64,000 nt of DNA from Eledone cirrhosa (GCA_964016885.1 OZ024753.1:18042001-18106000); one strand, 5' to 3'; shown: positions 44,470 through 61,075, numbered from the stretch's first letter. Made by a program: numbers and translations. The notes: generated from the sequence alone by a model not told the origin.

Positions 44470-44715
44470 AAACCGTAGCGCTATGTCGCATATCCAATCT
44501 GTCATATATTTTATCTAATGAAAACGTACTTAAACACCATTGTACCTTTGAAATATGTATAATAAAATATATATTTTGGTTATGAGAATATTTTTCATTT
44601 ATTAATATTTTGAATAATATTAAATACTCCAGATAAATATCCATCGAGTGCTTCTAATCTATTGTCTAAGAAATAGTATTCGTTGAATAATCAACGAACC
44701 ATATAAACCTTTGGT
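44470..44715 (+). mobile_element. C-related element (core decayed to CTAATGA, 44515-44553)
   Basis: Colinear with 60483-60710. Confidence 0.75.
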
Positions 44716-44761
<46 letters not shown>

Positions 44762-44799
44762 CAACATAAGTTACAATGAAATGGTGTTTAAAACATTTA

Positions 44800-44848
44800 A
44801 TAGCTTACGATCGTTTCATCCAGAGATAAGTCTGGCATCATCAGTGCA
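44800..44848 (-). ncRNA. Type I HHR (core 44814-44844)
   Basis: CTGATGA TGCCAGA CTTATC TCTGGAT GAA ACGATCGT A; palindromic helix III; next to a TA tract. Confidence 0.75.
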
Positions 44849-45662
44849 TAAAAGAATTATAACAAATATAATCCTATTCACTTGAACATTTAGCTGGACA
44901 CATTATAGGAGAGAAGAATAAATATAATTATTAACATCAATATATTATAGAGCAAGAGTATAAAAATTGAACTGACATGAACATTGTAATGAAGCTATTA
45001 TATAAATAATTGGAGGTATAGGGTATAGATATGGATATGACAGGCATTAATACATAGATGCATAAATTGCCATGGTTATTAATTATGGCAAAATATTATA
45101 GCAAACATATAGCAAAAACACCAATCACTCTAGTGTACAGGGACAATATGTATTGCAAGCACAATTGTATAATGAAAACATATAATGTAGTATTGAACAT
45201 TATGATATAAATATCAAAGTATTTCAGACAAAAAGTTTTTATAATATTAGTCATAGTATGAATGTATTAGAATATAGAGTTTAAACATACAAAGTTTAAA
45301 AGCATGTAGTACAAAATATAAAATATAAAGTTAAAAAAATATATACTTTAAGTCTATATTAATAATTGATGTACCACTTTGATGTTCGTGTGGTTCCGTC
45401 ATAATAAGTGTTTTAATTTTATAAATATAATCAATATTGTTTATTTCGATTCAGCAAACAATATTTAGTGATTATACATAGTTAAGACTCTTAATGTTCC
45501 ACATTTTCTATATATTCTTATATATAAATATAATTGTTTTTACTATTGGCACAAGGCCAGCAATTACCAGTAGAATACTGGTACTTTATTTTATCGACCC
45601 CGTAAGGACGAAAGGCAAATTTAACCTCGGCGGGATTTACATATTCTTATATATAAATATAA

Positions 45663-45730
<68 letters not shown>

Positions 45731-46025
45731 AGCACACATACATATATTTATATGTATACACATATATATTTATACATACATACATGATGGCTGCCCCCTC
45801 GTTATCGAGTATGGCCCATTGCACGATATACCATTAATTATTAATTAATTCTATCGTACAATGCCTGTGCGTGAAGATATTTTTTAAAGTGAGGAAAGAC
45901 TGTGCACTGAGCCAATCCCACTCTCTGAGCGACAGTAACTATAACCCGAAAAGAAGAAAAGATCAACATCATCGGTAACTACTGAGCCGCAGGTTTTATA
46001 TCGGAGTTATCCCAGTTTCCTGAGT

Positions 46026-46385
46026 TGCTACACGAAGGGTGCTACACGAGAGTGGTGAGGATGGCTCTGAACATTAATCAGTATACACTGAGGAAGAAGA
46101 ACTCAGAGCTGTGAGTGAGCCTCCCAAAAGTCAGCTCAAATGTGACACAGAAGAGATTGAGGTTAGCTGGACATGCTCACCGACTTCCAGAGTTGACATT
46201 GCACTCAGCGCTCCTGTGGGAGCCTCTGGATTGACACACTGGAAGAGGAAGATCGAAGTTAACCTATGTTGATGCCCTAAGGATAGACACTGGTCTGTTG
46301 GAGACGCAGGACATGCCAACGATAATGAGGGACAGAGATCCCTGGAGAGAACTCCATGGATCTCGGCAATTTTACCCTCCCTAGA
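46026..46385 (+). mobile_element. RTE-clade LINE 3' fragment (decayed)
   Basis: CYTRVVRMALNI...RLAGHAHR...GHT-GRGR; homologous to 20642-20808 and 23070-23300. Confidence 0.8.
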
Positions 46386-46413
46386 TATATATATGTATAT
46401 ATATATATACATA

Positions 46414-47759
<1,346 letters not shown>

Positions 47760-48559
47760 TAACAGTGACATATACAGGTACTTAAGTTAAGTTCGTTTGG
47801 TTATGTACCTCAACTCATTCAGCCTGTTATAAAAAGAAAGTTGGCCTCTAACGATTGAATGTAATTTCATTTTGAAAGAAAATTTGGGAGCTCAAGAAAG
47901 GCATGTAATTCAGAAAATAGCCGGAAATAGCCATAAAAAAAACAACTTATTATGTAGGTTTCAGGGAGGTAACTGTCCGAAACTTAAGGAAAATTATGCA
48001 AAGGAATTGAATTTCTTGAAATACAAATTATTTAGTAATTCAAAGAAAATATATTCCTTGATATTCGAATTACTGTTTGAATTATCTTTCTCTGTATCCC
48101 CCCTCTCTCCCCCTCTCTATCTTTTAGTCTCTGCATTTCTATCTATGTATATATACATATGAATATGTGTGTGTGTAGAGAGAGAGAGAAAGAGAGAGGG
48201 AGAGAGATAGAGAGAGAGAGAAGGGGGAGGATGAGGAGTACTAAGAAAAGACATTGAAACAGTAGTGTCATCTTTATAACTGCTAATCATTCACTTTCAA
48301 ACGACACGTTGAATAATATAGTGTTCATGAATTACATGACAAATATTGTAATTTATCTCTTTTTCAAAAGACTTTTTCCTATTTATATTACTGTTTAACT
48401 ATTTATATAAAGTTAAAATATGTCAGAATTGCAAATATATTTATTTTTTAAACAAAATATTTAATTTTTCAAAACATCATAGTTTGATAACTCAGTTACT
48501 TTTTCTTCTCTTCATTATTTATTGCAGTAACTTTATCAATCATTTCGCGAACTTACATA

Positions 48560-49510
48560 ATTCTTTTCATAAGTTTTTGCTTTAACATATGCGAAACATG
48601 TTCAGAAACTGTTGCCATTTCCTTTCGTTTATGGTGACATTTTCTTCCTTAATGTATTCATCAACGTTGGGTATTCTCTTCATTGCTACAACGAAGGTCA
48701 ACTATCCTTTCAACAAGCAACAGAAGACACTATGCGAGATAACCCAATTTCTTTAGTCAGGATGTGTTATAAATACAACATAAAAGGCTTTTATAAATAT
48801 TAGTGAATCATGACAGTTAGTGACGAAAGGAAAGATGGGATTTGTATTGAAATAATATTTGCTTGTATCTGGGTGTATTTGTGCTGGGTTTATGTAGCAA
48901 TATCCACAATTGCTGATGTATTTGTGCTGGGTCTATGCAGCAATATCCACAATTGCTGATGAACTTTTAAACTGCTAGACACAAATTAAGCATTCGTTAA
49001 GTAAACTCGTAGAATATCCGTAAATTGTTGAAGTCTTATCAGGGACATTTGAGCGAAATGATCTCGTTAACACAAATTGACAGTTTTATGCTAATCAGGA
49101 TTATAATCTGAGGAGGTTCTGCTTGTTTATGTTCACAATTAAACGCAACTGCCCAATAGAGAATATGTGTATGCACAACAACATGGTATACCAATGTGAG
49201 ATCCATGCAAATGACCATAGTGTAAAATATATAGTTGGCCACCTCTAATGTCTTTAAGATATAACCATTTACATTCATTCAAAAATGAAAAACTTATAAA
49301 CATCGTAACTTTAGCTACCAACATCTGGGAACAGAAAAGAAATGTACTAAATACAACAACTCGTGGTCTGTCCTGGGCTTCCCTGATTAATATCAACAAG
49401 ACAAGAAAACCTGTAAAATGTGTATAATCAAACATGAACATTGAAACTATAATCTACATTTTCTCTTTCTGACAAGGCGCCAAATAATCTATTAACGCCA
49501 AATAATCTAT
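48560..49510 (-). pseudogene. Possible heavily decayed 7TM (secretin/adhesion/Methuselah-like) GPCR transmembrane region
   Basis: Hydrophobic pieces in GPCR-like order across frameshifts: GFLVLLILIREAQDRPRVVVFSTFLFCSQML, LKTLEVANYIFYTMVICMDLTLVYHV, WVISHSVFCCLLKG*LTFVVAMKR; pattern recognition only. Confidence 0.3.
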
Positions 49511-49519
49511 TAACGCTTC

Positions 49520-52500
49520 CCTAACAAGGATAGCATCTACCTCGCTAAACACCCCAACCCCACAACACACTGATGCCCCTTCACTTCCACAAACCACCAC
49601 CCCCACCCAACAACCCATCCCCAACCAGCATGGAAATTGAGCGGCCCGTTTCCCGGGACGCAGAGAGGTAAGTGCCTTTTCTCCTTACCACCAACATGGC
49701 TGTGCTAAGAGTAGGGTGTCTAAATGCGCGTGGCCTGGGCTCATCGTGGAAGCAAGCAATGCTTCTAAATGACCTCAGGTCACAATCTATAAATGAGATG
49801 GTTATCTGCGAGGCCCGGATCAGCAACATGTGGCAGCTAGCCCCCACCTTTGACGACTTTGAGATGCACGCATCTCTCTGTCAGCCCGGAGGTGGGGGTG
49901 GGGTTGTCGTTCTGCTGCAAAAACATCTGGGCCTTGCAACACAGATAGTTCACTTGGACCCAGGGGTCGACTGGTGGTGCTGGACCTTGGCAGTGGTGAA
50001 GGTAGAGCCTTTAGGCTAGTAGCCGCATATGCCCTTTTTGGGACAGAGCGGCCCGACTTTTTCCAGCGTCTGGAGTCTTTTCTAGGGACGTCCCGTTCCC
50101 TGCCTTTAGTGGGGGACTGGAATGGTATCCTGGATGCATGTTGGGACTATGCAGGGGCATGTCCCGATAGAGAGGGGTGCAACAGCCTCAAGGGGTTACT
50201 CGGCCGATTTGACCTGGCCGATAGATTTCGACTAGATTTTACGACGGTGCCAACCTGGTCTTGGTCAAATCGTAGCGGATCATCTAGGTCGTACCTAGAT
50301 AGGTTTTTAGTTAGAAATAAGGACAGGGACTTTTTAAGTTGTCCAGAAATGCTCATGGTTGGCTATTCAGACCACAAGTTGGCGACCTGCATGGTCAACC
50401 TTGATAGAACGCATAGACAGGGCCCCGATTACTGGAAGCTCAACTTGTCCTTGCCGGCAAGTAGAGCTTACAGGGATCGGATTAGTAGGTTAGTTAAGGA
50501 ACGGTTGACTGGAGCGATCGTCAACAGCAGGTGGTGGGTATCTCTGAAGAGTGAGATTAGAGTAGTCTCGATAGAATTTAGTAAGGTTCTAGCTGCGGAT
50601 AGGAATAGGAAGGAAAGGGAGCTAATAGATAGAGTAGAAGAGGCAATTAGAAGCGGCGACGTGGCCAGAGTGCTAGCGTCGAGAACGGCTTTGAGCCAGT
50701 TTTTCGACGCGAAGCACGAAGGCTGCGTTGTCCGAAGTAAAATACGTGCTCTAGGGAACGAGGGGACCAAAGCTGTTAGCTGGGCCCGCGTGACAGAGGC
50801 CAACAGTGGAACTAAATCCACCATCCGGTCTTTGCGAGACCTGGATGGACGGGCGATTCTTTAGCCTAATCAGATGTGTGAGGCCTTTCAAAGGCACTTT
50901 GCCCGACTGTTCGGGAGGGGCGGGGAGCCGGTTGGGAACGTGGACTTCGGTCCATACCTCGACGGCCTGCCGCGCCTCTCGGACAGGGAGGCGAAGTCCT
51001 GCGAGGAGCCGATTTCGGCCGCTGAGATAGAGGACGTGCTGAGCCAATGCGGCAAACGCAAATCCCCGGGTCTCGATGGTCTTCCTTACGAATTATATCT
51101 AGCTATGCCGGACTTGTTCCCCGATCTCCTCGAGGCGGTCTACTGCAACTGGCAACAGAACGGGAGAATTCCCTGTACTGTGACCAAGGGCGTAGTCACG
51201 CTAGTGAGGAAGGACGAGAACAAGGGGGACGAAATAAGTAACTTCAGGCCCATAACTCTGCTAAATACAGAGTTACAGATTTTGGCCAAGGTGCTAGCAA
51301 AGAGGTTGGCGCTTGTCGTGGGCAACCTGGTGGGAGATGCGCAGACATGCGCTATCCCGTCCAGGTCCATCCATGACAACCTCCACCTCATGCGATACAT
51401 CATAGAGAGGGTTGGGAACGAACCCGGCTTTGGTGGGGCTCTGATCAACTTGGATCAATCTAAGGCGTTCGATAGGGTCGACCATGGTTACCTGGATGCG
51501 GTGCTAGCGGCGGCAGGCTTCGGACCCGTTTTCAGGGGCTGGATCACTGCTATGCACAGCAGCGGCATCTGCTCTAGGGTCAAGGTGAACGGCTACCTCT
51601 CGGAGCCGTTCAAAATCGCGCGGTCCATCCGACAAGGGTGCCCTCTCTCCTCCCTTCTGTATGTGTTGACTCTCGAGCCACTACTGCGGAAGTTGGAGTT
51701 GTTGCAGGGCATCCCTTTGGAACCGGGATTGCGGAAAGCGGTGTCGGCCTACGCCGATGACGTGACAGTAATAGTGTCGACGGCCTCCGAAATCGAGGCG
51801 GTCGGCACCTTACTGGAGGAGTACGAAAGGTTCACAGGGGCAAAGCTGAACCGGGACAAGTCGATCGGTTTGCAACTCGGCAGGTGGAGGGGCAGACCAT
51901 TGCCCTCCGATGGCGTCGTCGGACGCTGGACGGAGGGCCCGGTGAAGTTGCTCGGGATCTGGTTCGGACCGGATCTCCAGGTGGAGAAAAACTGGGCGGA
52001 GGTTACGAACAGGGTGTTTGCACTGACCCAGAAGTGGGCCAGTTGCAAACTATCCCTGAAAGGTCGGGCGGAGGGGGCGAACACCTATATAGCGTCCGTC
52101 ATCTACTACCGCCTGACCGTAGTGCCCTGCCCAAGGGAAACCCTCGCCAAGATGGAGCGCGCGCTCTTCCAATTCCTTTGGAAGAGGCGGGCTCCTATGG
52201 TGAGGAGATCCATCTGCTGTCAACACCCTTCAAAAGGAGGGCTGGGGATGCCGTGGCTAATGATGCGTAAACACGCATTAAGGCTACGGCACCTCTACGT
52301 ATTCCTCACCGGTCAACCGGTGTGGGCCTCGTTTGTGAGACGAACCTTTCCCAGACTTGTCTCACTCACCGAGCTGCAATTCTGGGTCTAGCAAAGACCG
52401 AGAAAACTGGGCGCCTGGCACACTGAGTGTTCCCAGGCGCTCACCATCCTCTGGCAGGCGGATCCGGTTATCAGTGGAGACTCCACCGCAACATTCTATA

Positions 52501-53393
52501 GAGGGCTGGTACGCAGCAGGTGCGACGACGCCCTCGGAGAAGCCCTAGACATGGAGGAGGACGAACTGGCCAGCCTGTTCGGTAGGACATTCAGCCCGGG
52601 ACCTATGGACAACTTCCAGAAGTCCCTGGCCTGGCAGTGCTACCGAGGGGCTCACCCGTTCGAGAAAAGCTCTACAGACACGGGCGCCCGGGTAGGGACC
52701 CCGCCAAAAAGATTTGTCCCAGATGCGTGTGCGACGAGGAAACCGTTGCACACGCATTGGTACACTGCTCGGGCGTAGCCGATCTGTGGGGCTATGTCGA
52801 ACAACTGCTGTCAAGGGTGGGACCGATCCGGTTGACCACCGAGTCTATTGTAATGATCAAGCCGCCTCCCCCCTTCAAAGATGAAGGAAAGGCGGTGTTT
52901 CTGTGCGTAATGGCCATGGTGAAAGAAGTTGTATGGTGGACGCGTCTGAAAGGACTGAGGTCAGGCACCTTTCTCTCTGGTCAACAACTGGTCCGTTTCT
53001 TCCGATATCATTTCGGAAGAAGGATCAGGGTGGAGAGAGAGGTGCTCCACCCCAGTCGTTTTTATGAAAGATGGGTGAAAGTGGCGAGAATGGCCCGTGT
53101 GAATGGGCCTTCTCTTTACATAAGCCTGTAGGTGGAAAAGAGGAAGGAAGGAGGGAGTACCCCCTCTCTGTGCTCCTGAGGAGAAGGGTTGCACACTTTT
53201 TTCGGGGGTGTGTGCGACCCCCCAAGGCGCCTCCTCTCTATTGAGGATTTTGTTATAAATTTTATTCTTTGTTATATTTTATTTTATTTTTATATCTTGT
53301 TATTGCCTCCTCCTTATTGAGGACGCCTTTTTGTGTAAACTCCCCCCATTGTACTTGTCCCACTGTTGATGCCCTGGTGGCAAATAAAAGAAA
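49520..53393 (+). mobile_element. 5'-truncated L1/Tx1-type LINE
   Basis: GC-rich block; probable ORF1 end at ~49671, ORF2, T-rich 3' UTR, AATAAA at 53383-53388. Confidence 0.93.
49696..53131 (+). pseudogene. LINE ORF2: APE endonuclease + RT + C-terminal CCHC zinc finger, disrupted
   Basis: CLNARGL, GDWN, SYLDRF, SDH; KSPGLDGL, FRPITLLN, LDQSKAFDRVDH, IRQGCPLS, YADD; CPRC...H...HC; frameshifts near 49970 and 52655, stops at 50862, 52389 and ~52546. Confidence 0.93.
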
Positions 53394-53987
53394 CATATCT
53401 ATGTATCTATGCCCAATATAACAAATTAAATCGGCAATATAAAATATTTTTTGATCTACCCAGAAAATCCCGGCAAGAATGATCGTATATAAATTATGGT
53501 TAATTCAAAGAACTAATGAATTGGCAACACAGTTAACGACAGCTGTGATAGCCAATGGAAATAAGGTAATTGCGACTGTCATTTAAACTACTCAAGTTAT
53601 TACCCCTCCCACTAGCTGAGTACATACTGTTTTCTTTTTTCTCTTTCTTTTTCTCTATAAACCATTCAACTGCCATGGACTTCCTTACATATGAAGCCAC
53701 GGCTTCAATAGCTGTATATATAGATATATATGTCCCAATCAGGATCACCTGGCGTAAAGGAAAACTTTTTTTTCTGACGTTTTTCTTTTGTATTATAAGT
53801 GAGATTAAGTGACTTAATGATACAAAATAGTAGGAATTGAATTTTCCCATGAATCTAGTCGGACTAGCGTTTCTAGATCGTGCTTGCTTGTAATATAGCG
53901 AACCACGTGTCAATTGCATAATAAATGTTGATCCTCTAACTGCGATGTTGCCATATACATGTAACTTATTATATATATATATTTAAA

Positions 53988-54174
53988 GGCGGTGGATTGG
54001 CAGTATCAATAGAGGGTCGGACGCCATGCTTTCCAGCATAGTTACGTCCCTTTACGATCTGAGTTCAAATCCCGCCGAGGTTGACTTTGCCTTTCATCCT
54101 TACGGGGTCGATACAATAAAGTACCAGTAATGAACTGTGTAATTGCTGGCTTCGTGCCTAAAGTAGAGACAATT
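53988..54174 (+). mobile_element. SINE family 1 copy, well preserved
   Basis: GGCGGTGGATTGGCAGTATC...GAGTTCAAATCCCGCCGAGGTTGACTTTGCCTTTCATCC. Confidence 0.88.
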
Positions 54175-54228
54175 ATATATATATATATATGTATATATAT
54201 AAAATGCAATTGACTTATGTTTCGTCAC

Positions 54229-54279
<51 letters not shown>

Positions 54280-54281
<2 letters not shown>

Positions 54282-54520
54282 AAGCACGTGGCTTAGTGGT
54301 AATGGTGTTGAACATATGTCCATAAAGTGGTGGCTTCAATTCCTGGACTGGGTTGTTTGTTGTATTCTTGAGCAAAACACGTCATTTCATGCTGCTCCAG
54401 TATATTCAGCTGCGATGATCTGGCGTCCTGTCCGGGGGGAAGTATTGTACTCTCAGATGTTTAACCCCAAGGGAACCGGTATAAACACCGGGGCCTGATG
54501 AGCCTCCGGGCCTGAGGCAC
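54280..54520 (+). mobile_element. SINE family 2 copy
   Basis: GCACGTGGCTTAGTGGT...TTCAATTCCTGGAC...TTCTTGAGCAAAACAC. Confidence 0.8.
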
Positions 54521-54539
54521 ACATTAGGAAGGGGAAGAC

Positions 54540-54578
<39 letters not shown>

Positions 54579-55083
54579 TTCATTAGTTAAGCAAAACAAG
54601 ACCACAAATTTCACAAGGAAGACATTATTAAAAGATTGTCAACATAGTTGTAGTTTAATGTAAGGAATGTAACGAATAATAATAATAATACTAATAATGT
54701 CCGTTTACAATTGTTTCGCTACTCCATATAATTTTTCTGGATCAAATGATTATAGATCATTATTGATTTGAAGATAATTAACTTAGGTAAATTGGAGCAG
54801 TTCATCGGAACTTCAAAAGGAATATAAATTGAGGTAAAGTAAGATGGTTACATGAATGTAATGTTGCATATAATCCTATTTCACTATGGTGTCCTGGGTC
54901 TATCTATTTTCTGCCATAGGCGAGCAATATTCTTCTGCCGGGGCTGTATTATGCGAGATCTGCCTATGGCATATTGCACATTGAGCACATGCCTTTACGC
55001 TTTTGACTTCTAACTAATTCACCAATCTCTCTTCTCCTCTCCTATCTCCATCTCTCTCTTTAAGATTGGTTACTCATGAATTG

Positions 55084-55085
<2 letters not shown>
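54579..55085. mobile_element. Family J copy (HHR minus 54714-54808, CCGATGA core)
   Basis: GTT CCGATGA ACTGCTCCA...TGGAGTAGC GAA ACAATTGT A AAC; 54970-55085 is the inverted tail matching 13740-13858. Confidence 0.75.
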
Positions 55086-55117
<32 letters not shown>

Positions 55118-55319
55118 TAAACGGAATAGAAAATGCTGACAAATTGTTCACAGTTGAAAAATGGTTTAATTAGGAATAAAAGAGTATTAGTGATTGTATG
55201 GGTTAGTATTCAGTTGTGGTTTTAAGTTTTTAAATTTTTACCGGTTGCGCATTTCTAAATGCTTTTCAAAAATAATTTTGAGATAGAGTGTCCGTGCTGT
55301 TTGCTCTGATATATATATA

Positions 55320-55635
55320 TGATAAATGTCATCTGAGGTTTTCGAATATTAATAATAATATTCGTTTCATTTGCAATTATGCAATCGTCCTCTTTTTTAA
55401 GGCCATATCAGTAGAATGAGACGCTCATCCTCGCTCTTGTGTTGGCATGCAAACACTAATGTTTCTGGGTGATTACCCTTCATCAGTGCAGTATACAGCT
55501 CACTTGCCAACTGTGAGAGCTAGTGGAAATAAATGATATATCCTGAAATATACAGTGACTGATTCATCAGCCAGCCTGATTTGCATATTAGCAGACTGGC
55601 TGAACAGTCAGGTCTGCATATTAGGAGATCCGCTG

Positions 55636-55640
<5 letters not shown>
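55320..55640 (-). mobile_element. Family D copy (HHR 55461-55486)
   Basis: TGCA CTGATGA AGGGTAATCACCCA GAA ACATTAGTGT T TGCA. Confidence 0.8.
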
Positions 55641-55701
<61 letters not shown>

Positions 55702-55962
55702 GCGTGTGTTTGTGTGTATATAGATGAGAATTACTGCTACAGGCGAGAACTGTTTTATTCGTATGGTATAATTCCTGAGGATTACATTCACCAGACATAG
55801 TCCTATAATAATTTCTATATAAAATAAGTTGTATCTTCTCAATAATGTATTGATTATTTAATTACTTTCATTCTCTTCGAAAACCATTATTAATTATACA
55901 TAGATACATACAAATCCACATAATACATACACACATACACGCACATATCTATCTATCTATCT

Positions 55963-56580
<618 letters not shown>

Positions 56581-56657
56581 TATATATATTTATATATATA
56601 TTTATATATAAATATTGAGTGGTAGATTTATCTGTGTATATATATAAATATAAATAT

Positions 56658-56768
<111 letters not shown>

Positions 56769-56802
56769 TATACATATATATAGATATATAGATATGTATG
56801 TA

Positions 56803-56862
<60 letters not shown>

Positions 56863-58714
56863 TGTAGCAACATCCGATGTAGTTTAATATATATTAGTCA
56901 CCAATTTCCACATCAAATAATATACCGTTTCACACCAAATTAAATCTAAATGTCTATCACCGTTGTAATTTATTGAATAAAAAATATCGTCTGCCAAAGA
57001 TTTTTCTTTGAAATAATATACAATAAATTTCACACATAGTTTTAGCTATTATTTCATTTTTCATTCTTTTTTATTAATCTCTGAATATTATTTTTGAAAA
57101 TCTATTGATCTCTTTGTTCTCTTATTCCCTATTGTTGAGTAATTTTTATGAAATATTATAATAGTGTGTTTGTTATTAGCAATGTTGTTTTTATAATGGT
57201 TCCTTTTCAAATAATAAACATTGGTATATGTAGGAAATGTCACGCGTTTACTCGATTATGTGTTATATCATAATAAAGGACTCGGTACACTGTATTGTAT
57301 TCTTGCTTTGTGTTCTTTATATTTCAATGTTGAGCACAACAGACGTTTAATGATTGTCATAAATCAACATAAAATCGTTTCTAGTGACACTACCCATTTG
57401 AGCAAATACAGAATTTATATAAAACCTCCTTTGTTTTGTAGAAACATTTAAACATATTGCGCAATCATTTTTTAAATATTAGATCAATATATTTGCCTGT
57501 AATTAAAATAATGGAATTTCCATCTTAGCGACCAGTACAATTACGGGAATGAACTTTTGATATACAATGTATAGGGTCGTCAAATATGAAATTCGTAGAA
57601 ATTTCTAGAAAAAAAAAACAAATTGCACGAATTTCATACTTGACGAGCCAATATATATGTATGGACCCATTACTACTGAGGGAGTCGTAGGTGCAACATA
57701 TTAACAAACGGCATTTCTAGGACATTTTTATACCCGACGGAGATCATCTCCTCTCCATATCTGAATACAATAGATTTCTTCTAGAGAAGGATAGAGAGTG
57801 AGAGAATGGAAGTGGGAAAGAGATATAGAGGGAAAATTGAGCCCTTTACTAAACTGGTACAGTTCATCGACCCTGAAAAGATAAAAGGGAAAGTCCATCT
57901 CGGTGGGATTTGAATTCAGAGAGCAGAGAGCCGAAATCAACACCGCAAAGCATTCCAACAATTTAACGACTCCCTTTAATCCAGTTCATTGGGGCTTATT
58001 TCCTTCCTGGGGAACTTTCTCGTATTCGGAGGCGATTGTCAAACTGGGCTACATACATATGTTCATACATACATACATGATGGCTGAAAACTCTGCTAAG
58101 AGTACTGCAATTGCTTGTCAGATTATAGAGTTTGGTTCACTGTTATGCTACGGTAAGCCACACAAACCTGTAGCATATCCTGAACAAGCAATGACTGTGA
58201 GCATCGATAACACTACACGAAAAAGAAAATTGGTCAACATATTTATATCCGTATGTGTTGGATGGCTGAGAGAAAGGTGTACTCAATACCGAAGTCTCTG
58301 TGATAGCAAGACCCACTATTTAGCCTAAACCCGTTAGCAGAGAAGGATGGACAGAGAAATTGACTTTCATCTCTGTATGAACATGTATTTGAAAATTAAT
58401 TTTTCTTCCCTTCTCTATATATATATTTTTGTTATTATCATTATTTTCACTATTTGTACAAATATGCAACTTAACAATATTCTGCATATCTGCAATTGAC
58501 AATGCATTTAATGCTGAAACCGGTATTGCAAATAAATAAATGTTTTGATATTTCAGTAAAAAAAAATCTCTTCAACATTTTCTACTGAAAAAATATTTTT
58601 CCTTTTTACTATTTATTTTTAATTTAACAACTCGTGTATAACCTTTTTACATTCGATATATATATATATATCCAGGAAAACCTTGAACCGTTAAGATCTC
58701 CTTCCTGGATATGT

Positions 58715-59129
58715 CAATATTTATAAAACATAAGTTGTATTTTATCTGATGAGAGAGTATGAAAGTTTTGGTACCCTTGAAATATATACAATAGAATAAA
58801 TATGGTTTTATAAATATAGTTTCCATTTATTAATATCATTGATATTTATAAAACCATATTTATTTCATTATACATATTTCAGGGATACCACATTAAATTA
58901 TGGTATGCCTTCATCAGACAAAATATAATATATAACAGTTTTACAAATAGGTTTGACAGCCTCCAAAAGTAATGGTTGTATTTTAAAGGGTACGTCAAAC
59001 CTATTTGTAAAACTGTTATATATTGTATTTTGTCTGATGAAGGCATACCATAATTTAATGTGGTATCCCTGAAATATGTATAATGAAATAAATATGGTTT
59101 TATAAATATAGTTTCCCTTTATTAATATC

Positions 59130-59131
<2 letters not shown>
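58715..59131. mobile_element. C-related copy (HHR plus 58746-58782) fused to a family C foldback (HHR minus 58877-58917, plus 59034-59074)
   Basis: 58843-58957 vs 58995-59110 inverted; near-identical to 4878-5291. Confidence 0.85.
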
Positions 59132-59213
<82 letters not shown>

Positions 59214-60138
59214 TAAAATATAGAAATTATTGTGAGCAAGAAGCCAACAGAATTTCATAATATATAAGTGACTATAACGTCAAAATGGAAAATAATTAAC
59301 ATAAGATATGGGAAAATAATTCAAACTCAATTAAAAAAAATCAAGACAGAGATTTTATCCACAGATTTTGTGAAATCCAGGGAAAAAGCAATAGAGCCTT
59401 AACTCAGAATCAAATAAAGCTTAAATACTCATCCTTCAATTTGGAAAAACTACAAATGCTCTATATGGTCTTAAAAAGACTATTTCACGAAGCTTTTCAG
59501 TGGGGATGGTCAAGGCTGGAACCCTTCATCGGTAGAGCTCAAACACGGATATATATAATCGCATGTTGTTGATATATATACATGAAATCCCCTTAATAGA
59601 CTTCACGAGAAATATGTGGGTAGACACTTCCATTTTCTGAATGTGATTTTATGATGTATGTATGTATATGTATGCATGCCTGTTAATATGCATGTATGTG
59701 TGTGTGATGATATGCATATAAATATGTATGTACATGTATAATTTCTACATGTATGAGTGTGTGCATGTGTAGGTATATTACGCACGTTGTCGAGTATGTA
59801 TATACGTGGATATATTTCTTTATTTATATCCGTTATTTTTCCTTTTGTTTATAACTGTTTTTTTCTTGTAATGCTCGGGATTCGTGCGTACGTTCGATTC
59901 TAGGCCCGTGATTGGTCATTCTACATACATGTTAATATCTGGATGGTTCGTCCACAGATTTGATGGGATTTTCGTTGTGTTAACACTGGTTTGAGCATCA
60001 GGAAAGACTTGGAGGCTGGTCTGGGATGACCCCAGATCACGAGTCGGCTGCTTCAGAAACATTTGTAACCGGGTTTAACAATAAATTTCCTATGTAACAT
60101 GTCCGCTATATTCTTATTATATATATATAATAAGAATA

Positions 60139-60290
60139 GGTGCATTGGCAGTATCAGTAGAGGGCCGGACGCCATGCTTTGCAGTATAGAGATACGTCCG
60201 TTTACGCTCTGAGTTCAAATCCTTACAGAGTCGATAAAATAAAGCACCAGTAATGAACTAGGGTAATTGCTGGCCTTGTGCCAAACGTAG

Positions 60291-60293
<3 letters not shown>
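60139..60293 (+). mobile_element. SINE family 1 copy with internal deletion
   Basis: TTGGCAGTATCAGTAGAGGGCCGGACGCCATGC...GGCCTTGTGCC. Confidence 0.8.
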
Positions 60294-60328
<35 letters not shown>

Positions 60329-60330
<2 letters not shown>

Positions 60331-60712
60331 CAAAATGTTAATAAATGAAAAATATTCTCATAATCAAAATATATATTTTATTATACATATTTCAAAGGTA
60401 TAATGGTGTTGAAGTACGTTTTCATCAGACAAAATATATGATTTGATATGTGACATATCGCTACGGTTTTAATTATTCAATTCCGTAGCGGTATGTCACA
60501 TATCAAATCATATATTTTGTCTGACGAAAACGTATTTAAACACCATTTGACCTTTGAAATATGTATAATAAAATATATATTTTGATTATGAGAATATTTT
60601 TCATTTATTAACATTTTGAATAATATTAAACATCATATGTTAAGTGCTTCTAATCTATTGTAATATTGTATTCGTTGAGTAGTCAACTAACCATATTAAT
60701 ATTTGGTTTTAT
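60329..60712. mobile_element. C-related foldback (HHR minus 60390-60428, plus 60521-60559)
   Basis: Arms 60329-60466/60483-60620. Confidence 0.82.
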
Positions 60713-60735
60713 AAATATATATATATATATATATA

Positions 60736-60857
60736 TATAATGAAATGACAGGAGGCTGGATTTGTGTAAATCCTTGAAAGGTTTATTATACTATGATCAT
60801 AGTATAATAAACCTTTCAAGGATTTACACAAATCCAGCCTCCTGTCATTTCATTATA
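60736..60857. repeat. Perfect 122-bp palindrome, no spacer
   Basis: Centre CTATGA|TCATAG at 60796/60797. Confidence 0.93.
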
Positions 60858-60999
60858 ATATTTAACTCCGTAATGGCACCACCAACTACAAAAACAAAGA
60901 CGGTTGAACTGCTTTACGTTGAGTACTCTCTATATTATCGCATTACGATTGACCATACGGAATAGACCAGCTCTATACAGTGGTGAACCTCAAACCTGA

Positions 61000-61075
<76 letters not shown>

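Noticed and set aside
50147-53225. Antisense ORFs over the LINE
   Set aside because: Expected shadow ORFs of GC-rich coding sequence
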